Shown piece by piece: positions 13,086 through 26,241 of a stretch of 64,000 nucleotides of DNA. A program made the translations under genes and the position numbers. Below the pieces are notes generated by a model that saw only the letters and a program-made list of their open reading frames with translations, had not been told where the DNA came from and made no database searches. Position 1 is the first letter of the stretch; every line of letters starts with the position of its first letter. The stretch comes from Squalus acanthias (Eukaryota): contig CM059425.1 of the NCBI GenBank assembly GCA_030390025.1, positions 164,302,001 to 164,366,000 on the forward strand, in the 5' to 3' direction.

Positions 13086-13296
13086 TGTTTATTTGGACTA
13101 CTGTACTTTCTGTACTTGTTCAAGATACTCAGCAGCTAATTTGCATCGCTTTTTATATTTTTGTGCCTTGCATTTACAAATGTATAGTCGATTGGCTGTA
13201 AGTAAAGTGTTTCTAATGCACATGAATCAATCTGAAAGGTCGCCCTGGAAATTGTTTAAGTAACTAAATTCCATTTTGTTTTTTTTTCTTCAACAG

Positions 13297-13365
13297 GGAG
13301 AAAAAAAGACTGGTTTGGCTACATCGTCAAAGCAAGGAGTCAGCATGAGTGCTCAAGCATCGGAG
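13297..13365 (+). CDS. Internal coding exon of an unidentified host gene (69 nt, phase 0-0): GEKKTGLATSSKQGVSMSAQASE
   Basis: Branch-like TAACTAAAT, long pyrimidine tract TTTTGTTTTTTTTTCTTCAACAG|, donor GAG|GTAAGA; length is a multiple of 3; open frame; non-repeat context. Confidence 0.75.
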
Positions 13366-14600
13366 GTAAGAAACGTAATAAACTTGTTGAATATGCAGCA
13401 GAGCTACTAGGAGGTGAGGGCAGAAACTTTAATTCCAGCCGCACTGGGAGGCTTGCTCTTTTACACGCAAACAATGGACAACTGGTTGAAATGAAAAATG
13501 GGTATTTTTGCATGATCTTGTGAAATCAGATTTTCAGTTCTATGTTGGGAAGCTTTTACCAACTGAGCCACCAAAACATGGAAAATCTATTTATTGAAAA
13601 CACTTAGCGTTCCCTAGTCACGGTGATGGCTTATTTTAGCATCTGTGGTTGTGAGCTTTTTTTCCTCGGTGATAGCTGGGATAATGTGAATGGTGCACTT
13701 GTGCATGTTATTTTACATTTAAGTATATTTTACAAGATGTATCCCTTCCAGCTACCCTATGGTCATGGACAAAGAGTTTATGGATTTTACTGGCTGGTTC
13801 TCAGAAAAATAACTGGGCGTTCTCTGTAGCATTATCCAGTTTGAACACTAAACATAATACTGTTAAAAAAATGAAGCATCCAATTAAAATATATCTAAGT
13901 GAGATACCTGAAATATCCTCTTCAAACTTCAGACTTTCTTCAGTACCAGCAAAATACACTATTCGACTTCTCCCAGTCTTTTGGAATGACACAGTCACTT
14001 GTATTAACAAATGAGTCTTACTGATCAGTTTGATAAAGAGAATGCATTCCCAAGGTGTGTCTTCACAGGTAGAAGACCCAAACGATTACAGAGTTCGACA
14101 CTTCAGAATGGATATCAGCAGCCATGCCAGGATTGGTGGGGGGAAAACAGCAGCCAGACCAGGGACTTATACAATTTCCCTTTAAAGTAAAAACAATTCT
14201 ATTGAAAAAAAAAATCAAAGTCTTAACAACTTAGTAAGCAATGGGATGCTGGCTTGTGATATTGTATCAACCCGCCCTCCCTCACCTGTGGCTTTCACGC
14301 GTAACCCTCTGCTCAAACTGACAATTTAAAATTGTATTTAAATTGTTGTCACACCAGAACGAGTGAAAATAAAGCATTCCTGAGGAAAATTCCGTGGAAT
14401 GCTAATGATAAGGTAAACGCCCATTGTCAGGAAGCCAAAAACCACTGAAATGGTTGCAAATCTAGTTCACATTCAATAAAAGTACACAGTCATTATAAAT
14501 AAATAATCTGATTCACGTGATTAAAAATTATTAGTTGTTAGGTGGCTGTGATTCAAACAAAGGGAATATTTTCCACTTCTGACCTACCCTGTCCAAGAAT

Positions 14601-15953
14601 GTCATCTTCCAAAATTCTATAGATTATGGAACAGTTCCTGCAGATTGGAGGGTGGCAAATATAACCCCACTATTTAAAAAAGGAGGGAGAGAGAAAACAG
14701 GGAACTACAGACTGTTAGCCTAACATCAGTAGTAGGGAAAATGCTAGAGTCTATTATAAAGGATGTGATAACAGGACACTTAAAAAATATCAACGGGATT
14801 AGACAAAGTCAACATGGATTTATGAAAGGGAAATCGTGTTTGACAAACCTACTGCAGTTTTTTGAGGATGTAACTGGTGGAATAGATAAGGGAGAACCAG
14901 TGGATGTGGTGTATTTGGATTTTCAGAAGGTCTTTGATAAAGTCCCACATAAGAGGTTAGTGTGCAAAATTAAAGCACATGGGATTGGGGGTAATATACT
15001 GGCATGGATTGAAAATTGATTAACAGACAGGAAACAGAGAGTAGGAATAAATGGGTCTTTTTCGGGGTGGCAGGTGGTGACTAGTGGGGTACCGCAGGGA
15101 TCAGTGCTTGGCCCCAGCTATTCACAAAATATATGAATGATTTGGATGAGGGAACCAAATGTAATATTTCCAAGTTTGCTGACGACACGAAACTAGGTGG
15201 GGTTGTGAGGAGGATGCAAAGAGGCTTCAAGGCGATTTAGACAAGTTGAGGGAGTGGGAAAATACATGGCAGATGCAGTATAACGTGGATAAATGTGAAG
15301 TTATCTACTTCGGTAGGAAAAACAGAAAGGCAGAGTATTATTTAAATGGTGATAGATTGGGAAATGTTGATGTACAAAGGGGACCTGGCTGTCCTTGTAC
15401 ACCAGTCACTGAAAGCAAACATTCAGGTACAGCAAGCAGTTAGGAAGGCAAATGGTATGTTGGCCTTCATTGCAAGAGGATTTGAGTACAGGAGCAAGGA
15501 TGTCTTACTGCAGTTGTACAGGGCATTGGTGAGACCACACCTGTAGCACTGTGTGCAGTTTTGGTCTCCTTACCTAAGAAAGGATATACTTGCCATAGAG
15601 GGAGTGCAGCGAAGGTTCACCAGTCTGATTCCTGGGATGGCAGGACGGTCATATGAGGAGAGATTGGGTCGACTAGGCCTGTATTCACTAGAGTTTAGAA
15701 GAATGAGAGGGATCTCATTGAAACGTATAAAATTCTGACAGGGCTGGACAGATTGGATGCAGGGAGGATGTTCCCCCTGGCTGGGGGGGTCTAGAATGAG
15801 GGGTCACAGTCTCAGGATTCGGGGTAGGCCATTTAGGACTGCGATGAGGAGAAATTTCTTCACTCAGAGGGTGGTGAACCTGTGGAATTCTCTACCACAG
15901 AAGGCTGTGGAGGCCAAGTCACTGAATATATTTAAGAAGGAGATAGATAGATT
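14601..15953 (+). mobile_element. CR1 LINE, 5'-truncated ORF2 (RT) with stops and frameshifts; 3'UTR missing
   Basis: ORF fragments QHGFMKGKSCLTNLL, YLDFQKVFDKVPH, FADD, RNFFTQRVVNLWNSLP. Confidence 0.95.
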
Positions 15954-16794
15954 GGCCTGCAAGAGAAAGGGAAGTGTGTCAGTGAGTGTGGTGCAATGTG
16001 TTTGGGTGATGTGCCTGCCATAGTTGAATAGCTGTCAGTGTGTGTAAGGTGTGAGATGTGTGTGTGAGTGTTGCAGCAGTGGTAAGGTTGTGAGGGTGAA
16101 GTGAAGCTATGATTGTGAGGTCTGACTGGTGAAAGGTAGAGATTGTTGGTAGGTGAGTGCTGGGGGTGTGGTGCATTGAGCAGTGTGTGAGTCTTGTGGA
16201 GCAGATGGTGGGATATGGCATTTGCTGAAGCCTTCATTCACTTTGACCTGCCGTGTGAGGTCATTAAACTTCTTCCGGCACTGGATCCATGTCCTGGGTA
16301 CAACACTGTTGGCCATGACGTACCCAGCTATCTCTTGCCACAGCCTTCTCGAAGTATGCGCTGATGGCTTCCTGCCATCCTGCAGGAACAGGACAGCCCG
16401 CCTCCTCTTCACTGTCAGTCCCAATCCCTCCAGAGCCGCATCAGAGAAACTTCTGGTTCATTCTCTTTGCTGGTGCTGAGCTATGTGTTCCAACTGCAAT
16501 TCCATCTCGAACTCCAATGACAATGAGGTGCTGCTGCATCAAAGCACCTCCCCTTTAAGTAGTGCAGAGAGTCTAGGCCAAGCATGACTGGCCATTAGTC
16601 TGCACCCGATATTGAGCCAGCTGTTGAACGGTAAGCGAATCAGCAGCGCGTTTAGCGCTGAGATCAGCACTACAATCATGTAAATGAGCAGGCAGCACGA
16701 ATTGCATGCTGCCTGCACCACTTTGAATGTGCGCAGCCAAATAGTGCTGGATCATCACACCACCTGTTTTTGAGCCATATCCAATTTCTCGGCC
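15954..16794 (-). mobile_element. Harbinger-family fragment carrying a Myb/SANT remnant; only one terminus present
   Basis: ORF 16107-16424 contains RRAVLFLQDGRKP...LWQEIA...RTWIQCRKKFNDLTR; terminus AATTTCTCGGCC at about 16783-16794. Confidence 0.75.
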
Positions 16795-16947
16795 ACTGAG
16801 TTCTGGGACGGTTGTAGGCAACGTTCCATAAGAACATACGGAATAGGAGCAGGAGTAGGCCATTCGGCCCTTCGAGCCTGCTCCACCATTCAATGAGATC
16901 ATGGCTGATCTTCTGCCTCAACTCCATTCACCGGCCCTATCGTCATA

Positions 16948-19900
16948 TCACTTGATGCCCTTACTAGTCAGAAATCTATCGACTTTTTTTTTGAATATAC
17001 CCAATGACTGAGCCTCCACAGCCCTCTGGGGTAGAGAATTCCAAAGATTCATCACCCTCTGTGTGAAGAAATTTCTTCTCATCTCAGTCCTGAATGGCCT
17101 ACCCTTTATCTTGAGGCTGTGGCCCCTGGTTCTAGACTCCCCAGCCAAGGGAAACATTCTCCCAGCATCCATCCTATGCAGCCCTGTAATAATTTTGTAT
17201 GCTTCAATGAGATCCCCTCTCATTCTTCTGAATTCAAGAGAATACAGGCCTAGTTTACTCAATCTCTTCTCATACGACAGTCCCGCCATCCCAGGAATCA
17301 ATCTAGTGATCCTTCGTTGCACTCCCTCTATGGCAAGTATATCCTTCCTTAGGTAAGGAGACCAAAATTGTACACAGTACTCCAGGTGTGGTCTCACCAA
17401 GGCCCTATATAATTGGAGTAAGACTTCTTTACTCCTGTACTCAAATCCTCTTGTAATGAAGGCCAGCATACCATTTGCCTTCCTAATGGCTTGCTGCACC
17501 TGCACATTCACATTCACTTTCAGTGACTCATGTGCAAGGACACCCAGGTCCCTTTGAGCATCTGCATTCCCCAATCTTTCACCATTTAGGAAATACTCTG
17601 CCTTTCTGTTTTTTCTACCAAAGTGGATAACTTCACATTTATCCACATTATATTCCATCTGCCATATTCTCGCCCACTCACTGAGCCTGTCGAGATCCCC
17701 TTGAAGCCTCTTCACATCCTCTTCGCAACTGACACTGCCACCTAGCTTTGTATCATCAGCAAATTTGGAAATGTTACATTTAGTCCCTTCATCCAAATCA
17801 TTGATATAGATTGTGAATAGCTGGGGCCCAAGCACCGATCCTTGCGTTACCCCACTAGTCACAGCCTGCCATCCTGAAAAAGACCCGTTTATCCCTACTC
17901 TTTGTTTTTTGTCTGTTAACCAATTCTCAATCCATGCTAGTATATTACCCCCAATTCCATGTGCCCTAACTTTGTTCACCAACCTCTTGTGTGGGACTTT
18001 ATCGAAGGCCTACTGAAAATCCAGATACACCACATCTACCGGTTCCCCTTTGTCTACTCCACTAGTTACATCCTCAAAGAACTCCAATAGGTTTTCCAAA
18101 CAGGATTTCCCTTTCATAAATCAACGTTGACTCTGCCCAATCTTACTATTAGTTTCTAAGTGCCCAGTTATTGCATCCTTTTGTAATAGATTCCAGCATT
18201 TTCCCAACTACTGATGTGAGGCTAACAGGTCTGTAGTTCCCCATTTTCTCTCTCCTTCCTTTCTTAAATAGCGGAGTTACATTTGCTATCCTCCAATCTG
18301 CAGGAACTGTTCCAAAATCTGTAGAATTTTGGAAGATGACAACCAATGCGTCCACTATTCCAATGGCCATCTCTTTCAAAACCCTAGAATGTAGGTCATC
18401 CGGTCCTTCGGATTTATTGACTTTTAGTCCCATTAATTTTGCTAGTACTGTTTTTTTACTAATAATAATTTCTTTAAGTTCCTCATTCTCGTCACACCCT
18501 TGGTTTTCTTGTATTTCTGGGAGGTTTTTTGTGTCTTCCTCCGTGAAGACAGAAACAAAGTATTTATTTAATTTCTCTGCCATTTCCTCATTCTCTATTA
18601 TAAATTCTCCCGTCTCTGACTGTAAACGACCTACATTTACCTTCGCCAGTCTTTTCCTTTTGACATACCTATAGAAGCTTTTACAATCCGTTTTTATATT
18701 TTTCGCTAGTTTGTGCTCCATTTCGCTTTCTTTATCAATTTCTTGGTCCCCTTTGCTGATTTCTGAAAAGATCCCAATCCTCAGGCTGACCACTTTTTTT
18801 CTGGCAACTTTATAAGCTTCCTCCTTTGACTTAATACTAGCTTCAATTTCTTTTGTTAGCCAAGGTTGGATCACTTTTCCTTTTGGGTTTTTATGCCCTA
18901 GAGGAATATATGTTTGTTGCAAATTATGCATTATTTCCTTGAATGTTAGCCATTGTATGTTAGCCATTATATATCCACCTTCATACCTTTTAGTGTAGTC
19001 TCCCAATCTACCATGGCCAACGTGTCCCTCATACCTTTGTAGTTTCCTCTGTTTAGATTGAAGACCTTAGTTTCAGATTGGACTACATCACTCTCAAACT
19101 TAATGTAAAATTCAATCATATTATGGTCACTTGTCCCTAAAGGCCCCTTTACCACAAGATTATTGATTAGCCCTTTCTCATTACACAGTACCAGATCCAG
19201 AATAGCCTGTTCCCTGGTTGGTTCCTCCACATACTGATCCAGGAAACCATCTCGCATGCATTCCAAGAATTCGTCCTTCACACCATTAGTGGTAATTTGA
19301 TTTGCCCAGTCAATATGTAGATTAAAGTCCCCCATGATTACCGTATTGCCCTTGTTACATGCACTTCTAATCTCTTGATTGATCCTGTGCCCTACATTAC
19401 CATTACTGTTTGGTGGCCTATACACAACTCCCACCAATGTTTTCCACCCTTTGCAGTTTCTTAGCTCCACCCAAACTGGTTCCAGTTCAACATCACGATC
19501 TGCCAAGCCAAGATCTTTTATCTCTACCGTACCGATCTCATCCCTTATTAACAGCGTTACGCCTCCTCCTTTTCCTTTTTGTCTGTCCTTCCTAAATGTT
19601 GAGTACCCTGGAACATTCAGTTCCCAGCTTTGGTTACCCTGCAACCATGTCTCTGTAATGGCAATTACATCATACCCATTTACTTCTATTAGTGCCATTA
19701 AGTCATCCACCTTGTTGCGAATGCTACGTGCATTTAGATAAAGTGCCTTCAACTTTGCCCGTTTAATATTTTTCTGCACTTTGACCCTCTTTACTGTTGG
19801 CCTTTGTTTCTGCTCTCTACTAGTTTTGCTGACTACTTTTCTAACTTGCACTTCCAGCTTTGTTTCTCTCCATTCTGGGCCCACACTTAGGTTCCCAGCC
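16948..19900 (-). pseudogene. CR1 ORF2 (apurinic endonuclease plus reverse transcriptase), disrupted
   Basis: APE 18967-19884 (YLNARSIRNK, ITETWL, GVVYRPP, MGDFN, SDHNMI); RT 18149-19006 and 16948-17982 (QGSVLGP, FADD). Split by frameshifts and stops. Confidence 0.95.
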
Positions 19901-19910
19901 CCCTGACAAA

Positions 19911-20861
19911 CTAGTTTAAATCCTTCCCAACAGCACTAGCAAAGCCCCCTGCGAGGATGTTGGTCCAGTTTCTGCCGAGGTGCAACCCGTCCAGCTTGTA
20001 CAGGTCCCACCTTCCCCAGAATCGGTCCCAATGCCTCAGGAATTTAAATCCCTCCCTCCTACACCATCTCTCCAGCCACGCATTCATCTGGTCTATTATC
20101 CTATTTCTGCTCTCGCTAGCACGTGGCACTGGGAGTAATCCTGAGATTACTACCTTTTTAGTCCTGCTTTTTAATTTATTTCCTAGCTCCCTATATTCTG
20201 CTTGCAGGACCTCGTCCCTCTTTCTACCTATGTCGTTGGTACCGATATGGACCACGACCTCTGGCTGTTCACCGTCCCCCTTCAGAATGTCCTGCAGCTG
20301 CTCAGTGACATCTTTGACCCTGGCACCAGGGAGGCAACATACCATCCTGGAGTCACGTCTGCGGCCACAGAAACGTCTATCTGTTCCCCTTACGATAGAA
20401 TCCCCTATCACTATTGCTCTCCCACGCTTTTACCTCCCCTTCTGTGCAGCTGAGCCACTCGTAGTGCCACGGACTTGGCTCTTGCTGCATTCCCCTGAGA
20501 AACCATCTCCCCCAGCAGTATACAAAATGGAAAATCTGTTGCAGAGGGCGATGGACCCAGGGGACTCCTGCACTACCTTCCTAGTTCTTTTACTCTGTTT
20601 GGCGGTCACCCATTCCCTGTCTGCCTGTGCACTCTTTACCTGCGGTGTGACCACCTCGTTAAACATGCTATCCATGAAGATCTCAGCCTTGCGGATGCTC
20701 CACAGTGTCTCCAGCCGCAGCTCCAGCTCCGAAACACGGATTTCGAGTAGCTGCAGTTGGAGACACTTCCTGCACACGTGTTTGCCCTGGACACTGAAAG
20801 TGTCCCTGACTTCCCACATAGCACAGGAGGAGCACTCCACGCTGCCGAGCTGCCCTGCCAT
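19911..20861 (-). pseudogene. CR1 ORF1 (Cys zinc finger/leucine zipper plus SGNH-esterase domain), one in-frame stop at 20430-20432
   Basis: ORF 20430-20861 (CSSCAMWE...CRKCLQL...LELRLETL) and ORF 19911-20411 (IGDSIVR, CLPGA, HIGTND, DGLHL) are in the same frame, separated by TAA plus 6 codons. Confidence 0.9.
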
Positions 20862-21089
20862 GTCCTACCCTTAATTTACTCCCTTCACTTCCTTTAAATT
20901 AAAGAATATTAAATACACTAGGGACCTTACTTCACTTTAAACACTACTTACTCTAAACTAGAGACCCTACTTTTACTTTAACTACTGGACTGTAGAAATA
21001 CTCACCAGGTCCTACTTCCCAATCAGCTCCTTCCCTTGTGCTGACGTCACTTTTAATCTCTGACGTCACTTTCGAATATTGCCTGTTGA

Positions 21090-21294
21090 GGTCCGCTCTC
21101 ACTGCTGCTCCCAATAACTCGGTCTGCGCCTCGAGCCTCAGGCTTTATTTCCTCGCTCCTCCTTCGCCTGTTCCCTCACAGGTCGGTCCGCTCTCGCTGC
21201 TGCGCCCAATAGCTCGGTCTGGGCCTCGAGCCTCGGGCTTTATTTCCTTGCTCCTCCTTCGCCTGTTCCCTGACAGGTCGGTCCGCTCCCGCTG
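21090..21294. repeat. 95-bp tandem monomers in the CR1 5'UTR (about 2.2 copies)
   Basis: GGTCCGCTC starts at 21090, 21185 and 21280; the units are near-identical. Confidence 0.85.
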
Positions 21295-21441
21295 TTTCCC
21301 CTTAAGCTATTCGGCTGTGCAGCCACACAGCTCTCCGCCGGTCCCCCGCAGCCCGGGACCGGCCTTTCTAATGTTAGGTTTCGCGCAAGCGCGAAACTGT
21401 GAATGGGCTGCGCACCCAAGAAAAAATTAGAGGGAATATTG
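21292..21441. mobile_element. About 150 bp hAT-like MITE
   Basis: Ends CTGTTTCCCCTTAAG / TTAGAGGGAATATTG; internal hairpins GCCGGTCCC/GGGACCGGC and GTTTCGCG/CGCGAAAC. Confidence 0.55.
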
Positions 21442-21785
21442 GTTGTAGGGCTAAGGGAGGGTACAGAAATATGGAGGGATGATGGCATGGAGGGATTTGA
21501 AACAAGGATGAGATTTTTTAAATTGAAGCATTGCCAGATCGGGAGCCAGTGTAGGTCAGCGAGCACAGGGGTGATAGGTGAACGGGACTTGGTGCGAGTT
21601 AGGACATGGGCAGCAGAGTTTTGTTTGAGCTCAAGTGTAGGGAGGGTGGAAGATTGGAGACTGGCCAGGAGAGCATTAGAATAGTCTAGTCTGGAGATGA
21701 TAAAAGCATGAATGAGCGTTGCAGCAGCAGATGGGCTGAGGCAGTGGTGGAGACGGGTGACATTATGGAGATAGAAATAGACAAT
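21442..21785 (-). mobile_element. L2 LINE ORF2 C-terminal fragment
   Basis: TLIHAFIISRLDYSNALL...QNSAAHVLTRTKSRSPITPVLADLHWLP. Confidence 0.85.
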
Positions 21786-22117
21786 CTTGGTCTTCAAGCC
21801 CCAGTTAACCTCCAGCAGTACCCCTACAGCATTCCTGGGCTAGGGTGGAGAACACGATTCAGGGTTCCTGCTCAAGTACCTCTACACATTAGGACTCCTG
21901 AGCTTTGACTCTTGCCTATTTGCAACTAGATTTTCCAAGTGGAATGTCAAATTATGAGAAAGGAGTGTGCAATTCAATATCCGGCAAATGGATATTGGTT
22001 GGGTTTTATACAGAGGGGCATAGAGTACAGGATTGATTGGCAATGATGAATTTATACAAGACAATTTTTTTTATTCAATCAGGGATATGGGCGTCGCTGG
22101 CAAGGCCAGCATTTATT

Positions 22118-24511
22118 GGCTCGGAATTTGTGGCCAACGGTGAAGTGACGGCGATCGCCACTGACCTTAAAGAAAGCTGCCCACAAAGATCTTATGATCT
22201 CTGTGGCGAAAACTTTAGCTTTCTCGATGTTAAATTGACTGTAGTGCTGTCAAAAGGGGATCCCTAGCGTAGAGCAGCAGTGATGTCATCAAGCTGTCTA
22301 AACAGCCAATCACATTGAAGAATTCTCAGACTACAAACCAGGAAATAAAAAGCACTGATTATCAATTTACTTAAAAATTTTTTTGCAGAGAGCAAAATAA
22401 AGATTGGAATATGCACATTGGAGTTAAGGTGGAAGCTGAAATCTAAAAAATATTTTTAATTATTTTAAAAATTCTAGTAATTTTTATCATAAAGGAGAAA
22501 TTTGACATTCCACAAATATAAAATTAGTTTTTCAGTGCCAGAATGGTTGTTCAGCAATCAATGTGGTGTTAAAACCCAAGTTACATCTATTCCAACAAGG
22601 GTTAACTTTTTCTGGGGTGTTTAACAGTGATATTAGATCGGAAAAGCTTAAGTTTTCGTCAGTTCAACTAATTAAGAACACAAGAAGATGAGAATTAGGA
22701 GCAAGAGTAGACCATACGGCCCCTCGAGCCTGCTCCACCATTCAGTAAGATCATGGCTGATCTTCGACCTCAACTCCACTTTCCCGCCCTGTCCCTATAT
22801 CCCTTGATTCCCCTAGAGTCCAAAAATCTATCTATCTCAGCCTTGAATATACTCAATAACGCAGCATCCACAGCCCTTTGGGGTAGAGAATTCCAAAGAT
22901 TCACAACCCTCTGAGTGAAGAAATTCCTCCTCATCTCGGTCTTAAATGGCCGACCCCTTATCCTGAGACTATGCCCCCTCATTCTAGACTCTCCAGTCAG
23001 GGGAAACAACCTCTCAGCATCTACACTGTCAATCCCCCTCAGAATCTTATATATTTCAATGAGATCACCTCACATTCTTTTAAACTCCAGAGAATATAGG
23101 CCCAATGTACTCAATCTCTCCTCCTAGGACAACTCTTTCATCCCAGGGATCAATTTAGTGAACCTTCATTGCACTGCCTCTAAGGCAAGTATGTCCTTCC
23201 TCAGATAAGGAGACCAAAACTGTGCACAGTACTGCAGGTGTGGTCACAGCAAAGCCCTGTACAATTGTAGTAAGACTTCATTACTCTTGTATTCCAACCC
23301 CCTTGCAATAAAGGCCAATATGCCATTTGCCTTCCTAATTGTTTGCTGTACCTGCATGCTAACTTTCTGTGTTTCCTGTACGAGGACACCTCAGTCTCTC
23401 TGAACACCAACATTTAATAGTTTCTCACCATTTCAAAAATATTCTGTTTTTCTATTCTTCCTACCAAAGTGAATAGCCTCACATTTCCCCCACATTATAC
23501 TCCATCTGCCACCTGATTGCTTAGTCACTTAACCTATCTATATCCCTTTGCAGGCTCTTCATGTCCTCCTCACAGCTTACTTTCCCACCTACATTTGTAT
23601 CATCAGCAAACTTGAATGCATTGCACTTGGTCCCTTCATCTAAGTTATTAACATAGATTGTAGATAGCTGAGGCCAAGCACCGATCCTTGCGGCACTCCA
23701 CTAGTTACAGCCTGCCAACCGGAAAATGACCAGTTTATCCCTACTCTCTTTTCTGTCCGTTAACCAATCCTCTATCCATGCTAATATATTACCCTCAACC
23801 CCATGAGCCTTTATCTTGCATATCAAACTTTTAAGTGGCACCTTATTGAATGCCTTTTGGAAATCCAAATATACTACATCTACTGGTTCCCCTTTATCTA
23901 CCCTGCTAGTTACATCCTCAAAAAACTCTATAATAAATTTGTTAAACACGATTTCCCTTTCATAAAACCATGCTGACTCTGCCTAATCTTATGATTTTCT
24001 CAGTGCCTTGTTACCACTTCCTTAATAATGGATTCCAGCATTTTCCCGATGACTGATGTCAGGCTAACTGGCCTGTAGTTCCCTGTTTTCTCTCTCACTC
24101 CTTTCTTGAACAGCGGGGTTACATTTTCTACCTTCCAATCTGCTGGGACTGTATGAGAATCTAGGGAATTTTGGAAGAACCCAACCAATACATCCACTAT
24201 CTCTGCAGCCACCTCATTTAGTACCTTAGCATGTAGGCCATCGGGTCCAGGGGATTTGTTGGCTTTTAGTCCTATTGGTTTCTCAAGTACTTTTTCTCTG
24301 CTGATATTAATTAGTTTAAGTTCTTCACTGATTGCCGGCTATGGGGAGTTCCACAGCGCAGCCTGTGGCGGAGCAGGGAATGACTGACCGCAACTTCAGG
24401 ATTTCCCCATTTATCTGTGCATGTGCTAAATCCTGAAGTTATGGTCAGTTTCAGAGAGGTAATGACGGAGAACGCTGACAGTTTCGCCGTCATTAACGCA
24501 AAATCCAGGCC
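22118..24511. mobile_element. Harbinger-type MITE (3-bp TSD ATT) with a CR1 inserted inside
   Basis: ATT|GGCTCGGAATTTG ... CAAAATCCAGGCC|ATT. The right part is homologous (inverted) to 35014-35285. Confidence 0.7.
22673..24312 (-). mobile_element. CR1 LINE, 5'-truncated
   Basis: RT fragments 24000-24212, 23701-23949 and 22770-23009, plus the 3' stem-loop and tail. Confidence 0.95.
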
Positions 24512-24995
24512 ATTATCACAGTTAGAATACTGTGCAGTTTAGGGGCCCCATAATAGAAAGGACATTAAAGCCTAAAAAAATGTGGATTCACCAGGGTGAT
24601 ACCAGGGATGGAACTATTTGTGCTCGAGCAGAGGAGGCTAAGATGCTTTTAAATAAAAGTTTTTAGAATTGTGAAGGAATTTAATAGGGATAATCGAGAA
24701 AGGTTGTTTCCTCTGGTTGGAAAGTCTGCGATGATGGGTCACCCATTTAGATTTGTCTCTGAAGGTACGAGAAGAGAGGTTAGGATAATTTTTTATATGC
24801 AAACAATTATTGGTGCATGGGAATGCTTTCTTACAGAATAGTTGAAGCAGAGACTGTCGCACATTTAAGGGAAATGTAGGTGGATATTTGAGCAGAGGAA
24901 TGTACAAGAATATGGGTTGAGAGCAGATCAGTGGGATCAGTTTTGGATTTCTCTGGTAGACCTGGCACACACATGATGGCCTCTAGTGCTGGGAA
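24512..24995 (+). mobile_element. Old degraded CR1 3' end (continues from about 21930-22063)
   Basis: MMNLYKT at 22043 continues as QLEYCVQF-like CAGTTAGAATACTGTGCAG at 24519, followed by TTCACCAGGGTGATACCAGGGATG and a degenerate 3'UTR. Confidence 0.6.
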
Positions 24996-26241
24996 ACTTC
25001 TATGGCTCTATGAACGCACTTATGCATGACGATGGGTTTCTGTGCCTGTTGGAAATGTGATTGACTAAAAAAAAGCATAACTTGGTCGCACAAACTTGTT
25101 TTTGTTTGCTTATTAAATTATTAAATTGGGTTTCTATATCACAGATGGAAACCAGGAATGAAACTTTGACTATTATCCTGGTCAGAATACTCTGAATTTC
25201 AAACTTTGTTTCTGGTAGTGCAAGACTGAACTTCACTCTCTCAGGTCAGAGTGTATTAATACATTGGTGCTAATTGTGTCAATAGAATTGTGATGATTCA
25301 ATTCAGTCCTTTCTAAAAGCTATGACATATTTAGTACAAATGAATTTGAGTGAAGTAGCATTCCTCTTTTATAGATTCATTTATAATTTAAGTTTAGAAA
25401 GACAATATTTTACCTTAACTCATAAGATGAACTAGTTAATTTATGAGTAACTGTATCTCACAAGTTGGATATGTGAACGAAAGAAAATGTGGAATAAGAT
25501 TAAGACGTGGTGCATCAAGTTGGTTCCTTTCACAAACCAATATAGTAAAGACAGAAATCCTAGCAAAGCACAGTGTTTATGAGGCTGACTCTTTTAACAA
25601 CAGGCTGAAAAATTCCAACCCTCTTAGAACAAAAGAAAAAGAATGTGTTTTGTAGATCGAAAAGCTGTAACTCCTTGATACAGGATGTCAGGTCATGTAT
25701 GGATGTAGTCTATGGAGGGAGGGTGGCATTCGGCTGTGCGTGCATAATTTGCTTTTCAGAGCTGGTGTTAATTGATGTTGTTTGTGTGTGACTTTCTGTT
25801 GCTATGGCATTCACCTTTGAAACTGAGGTTGCTGATGGAGGATCTAAAGGATCGATTGAACAAAGAGGAGCTTCCTGATTTGCAGACTGACTTTAAATAT
25901 CTCTACTTGTATGAATAATAAAACTCCACCCTCCATTACACATTATAAGAACTCCCAATAATTACTTGAGTCAACGCTTAAACTAATAAGGATTTGCACC
26001 TTCTGATCAAGGTAGGACAGATAATCTCCAGACTTTCCGTGGAGCTATTTATTTTTAATTTAGTTATTAAGGGTTATTAAAATTTGAGGCAGATTTTTTT
26101 TGTTTTTTAAAAACACATTTTCTAATTGTTATATATTGGAAACTTTTGATTATTGGACTAACTTTGAGTACTAAGTCTATAAAGAATAGGGTGTAACTTC
26201 TGGCTATGTACTGTACAAGGTAGTATCAGTGCAGAGGTAAT

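Larger units (their letters stand above)
16827..21291 (-). mobile_element. Near full-length CR1 LINE (5'UTR, ORF1, ORF2, 3' tail)
   Basis: On the minus strand, in order: GC-rich tandem 5'UTR, ORF1 (zinc finger plus esterase), APE, RT, 3' stem-loop and TTCTTATG-type tail at 16827. Confidence 0.95.

Noticed and set aside
19957..20874. 305-aa plus-strand ORF
   Set aside because: Antisense shadow of CR1 ORF1; no independent motifs.
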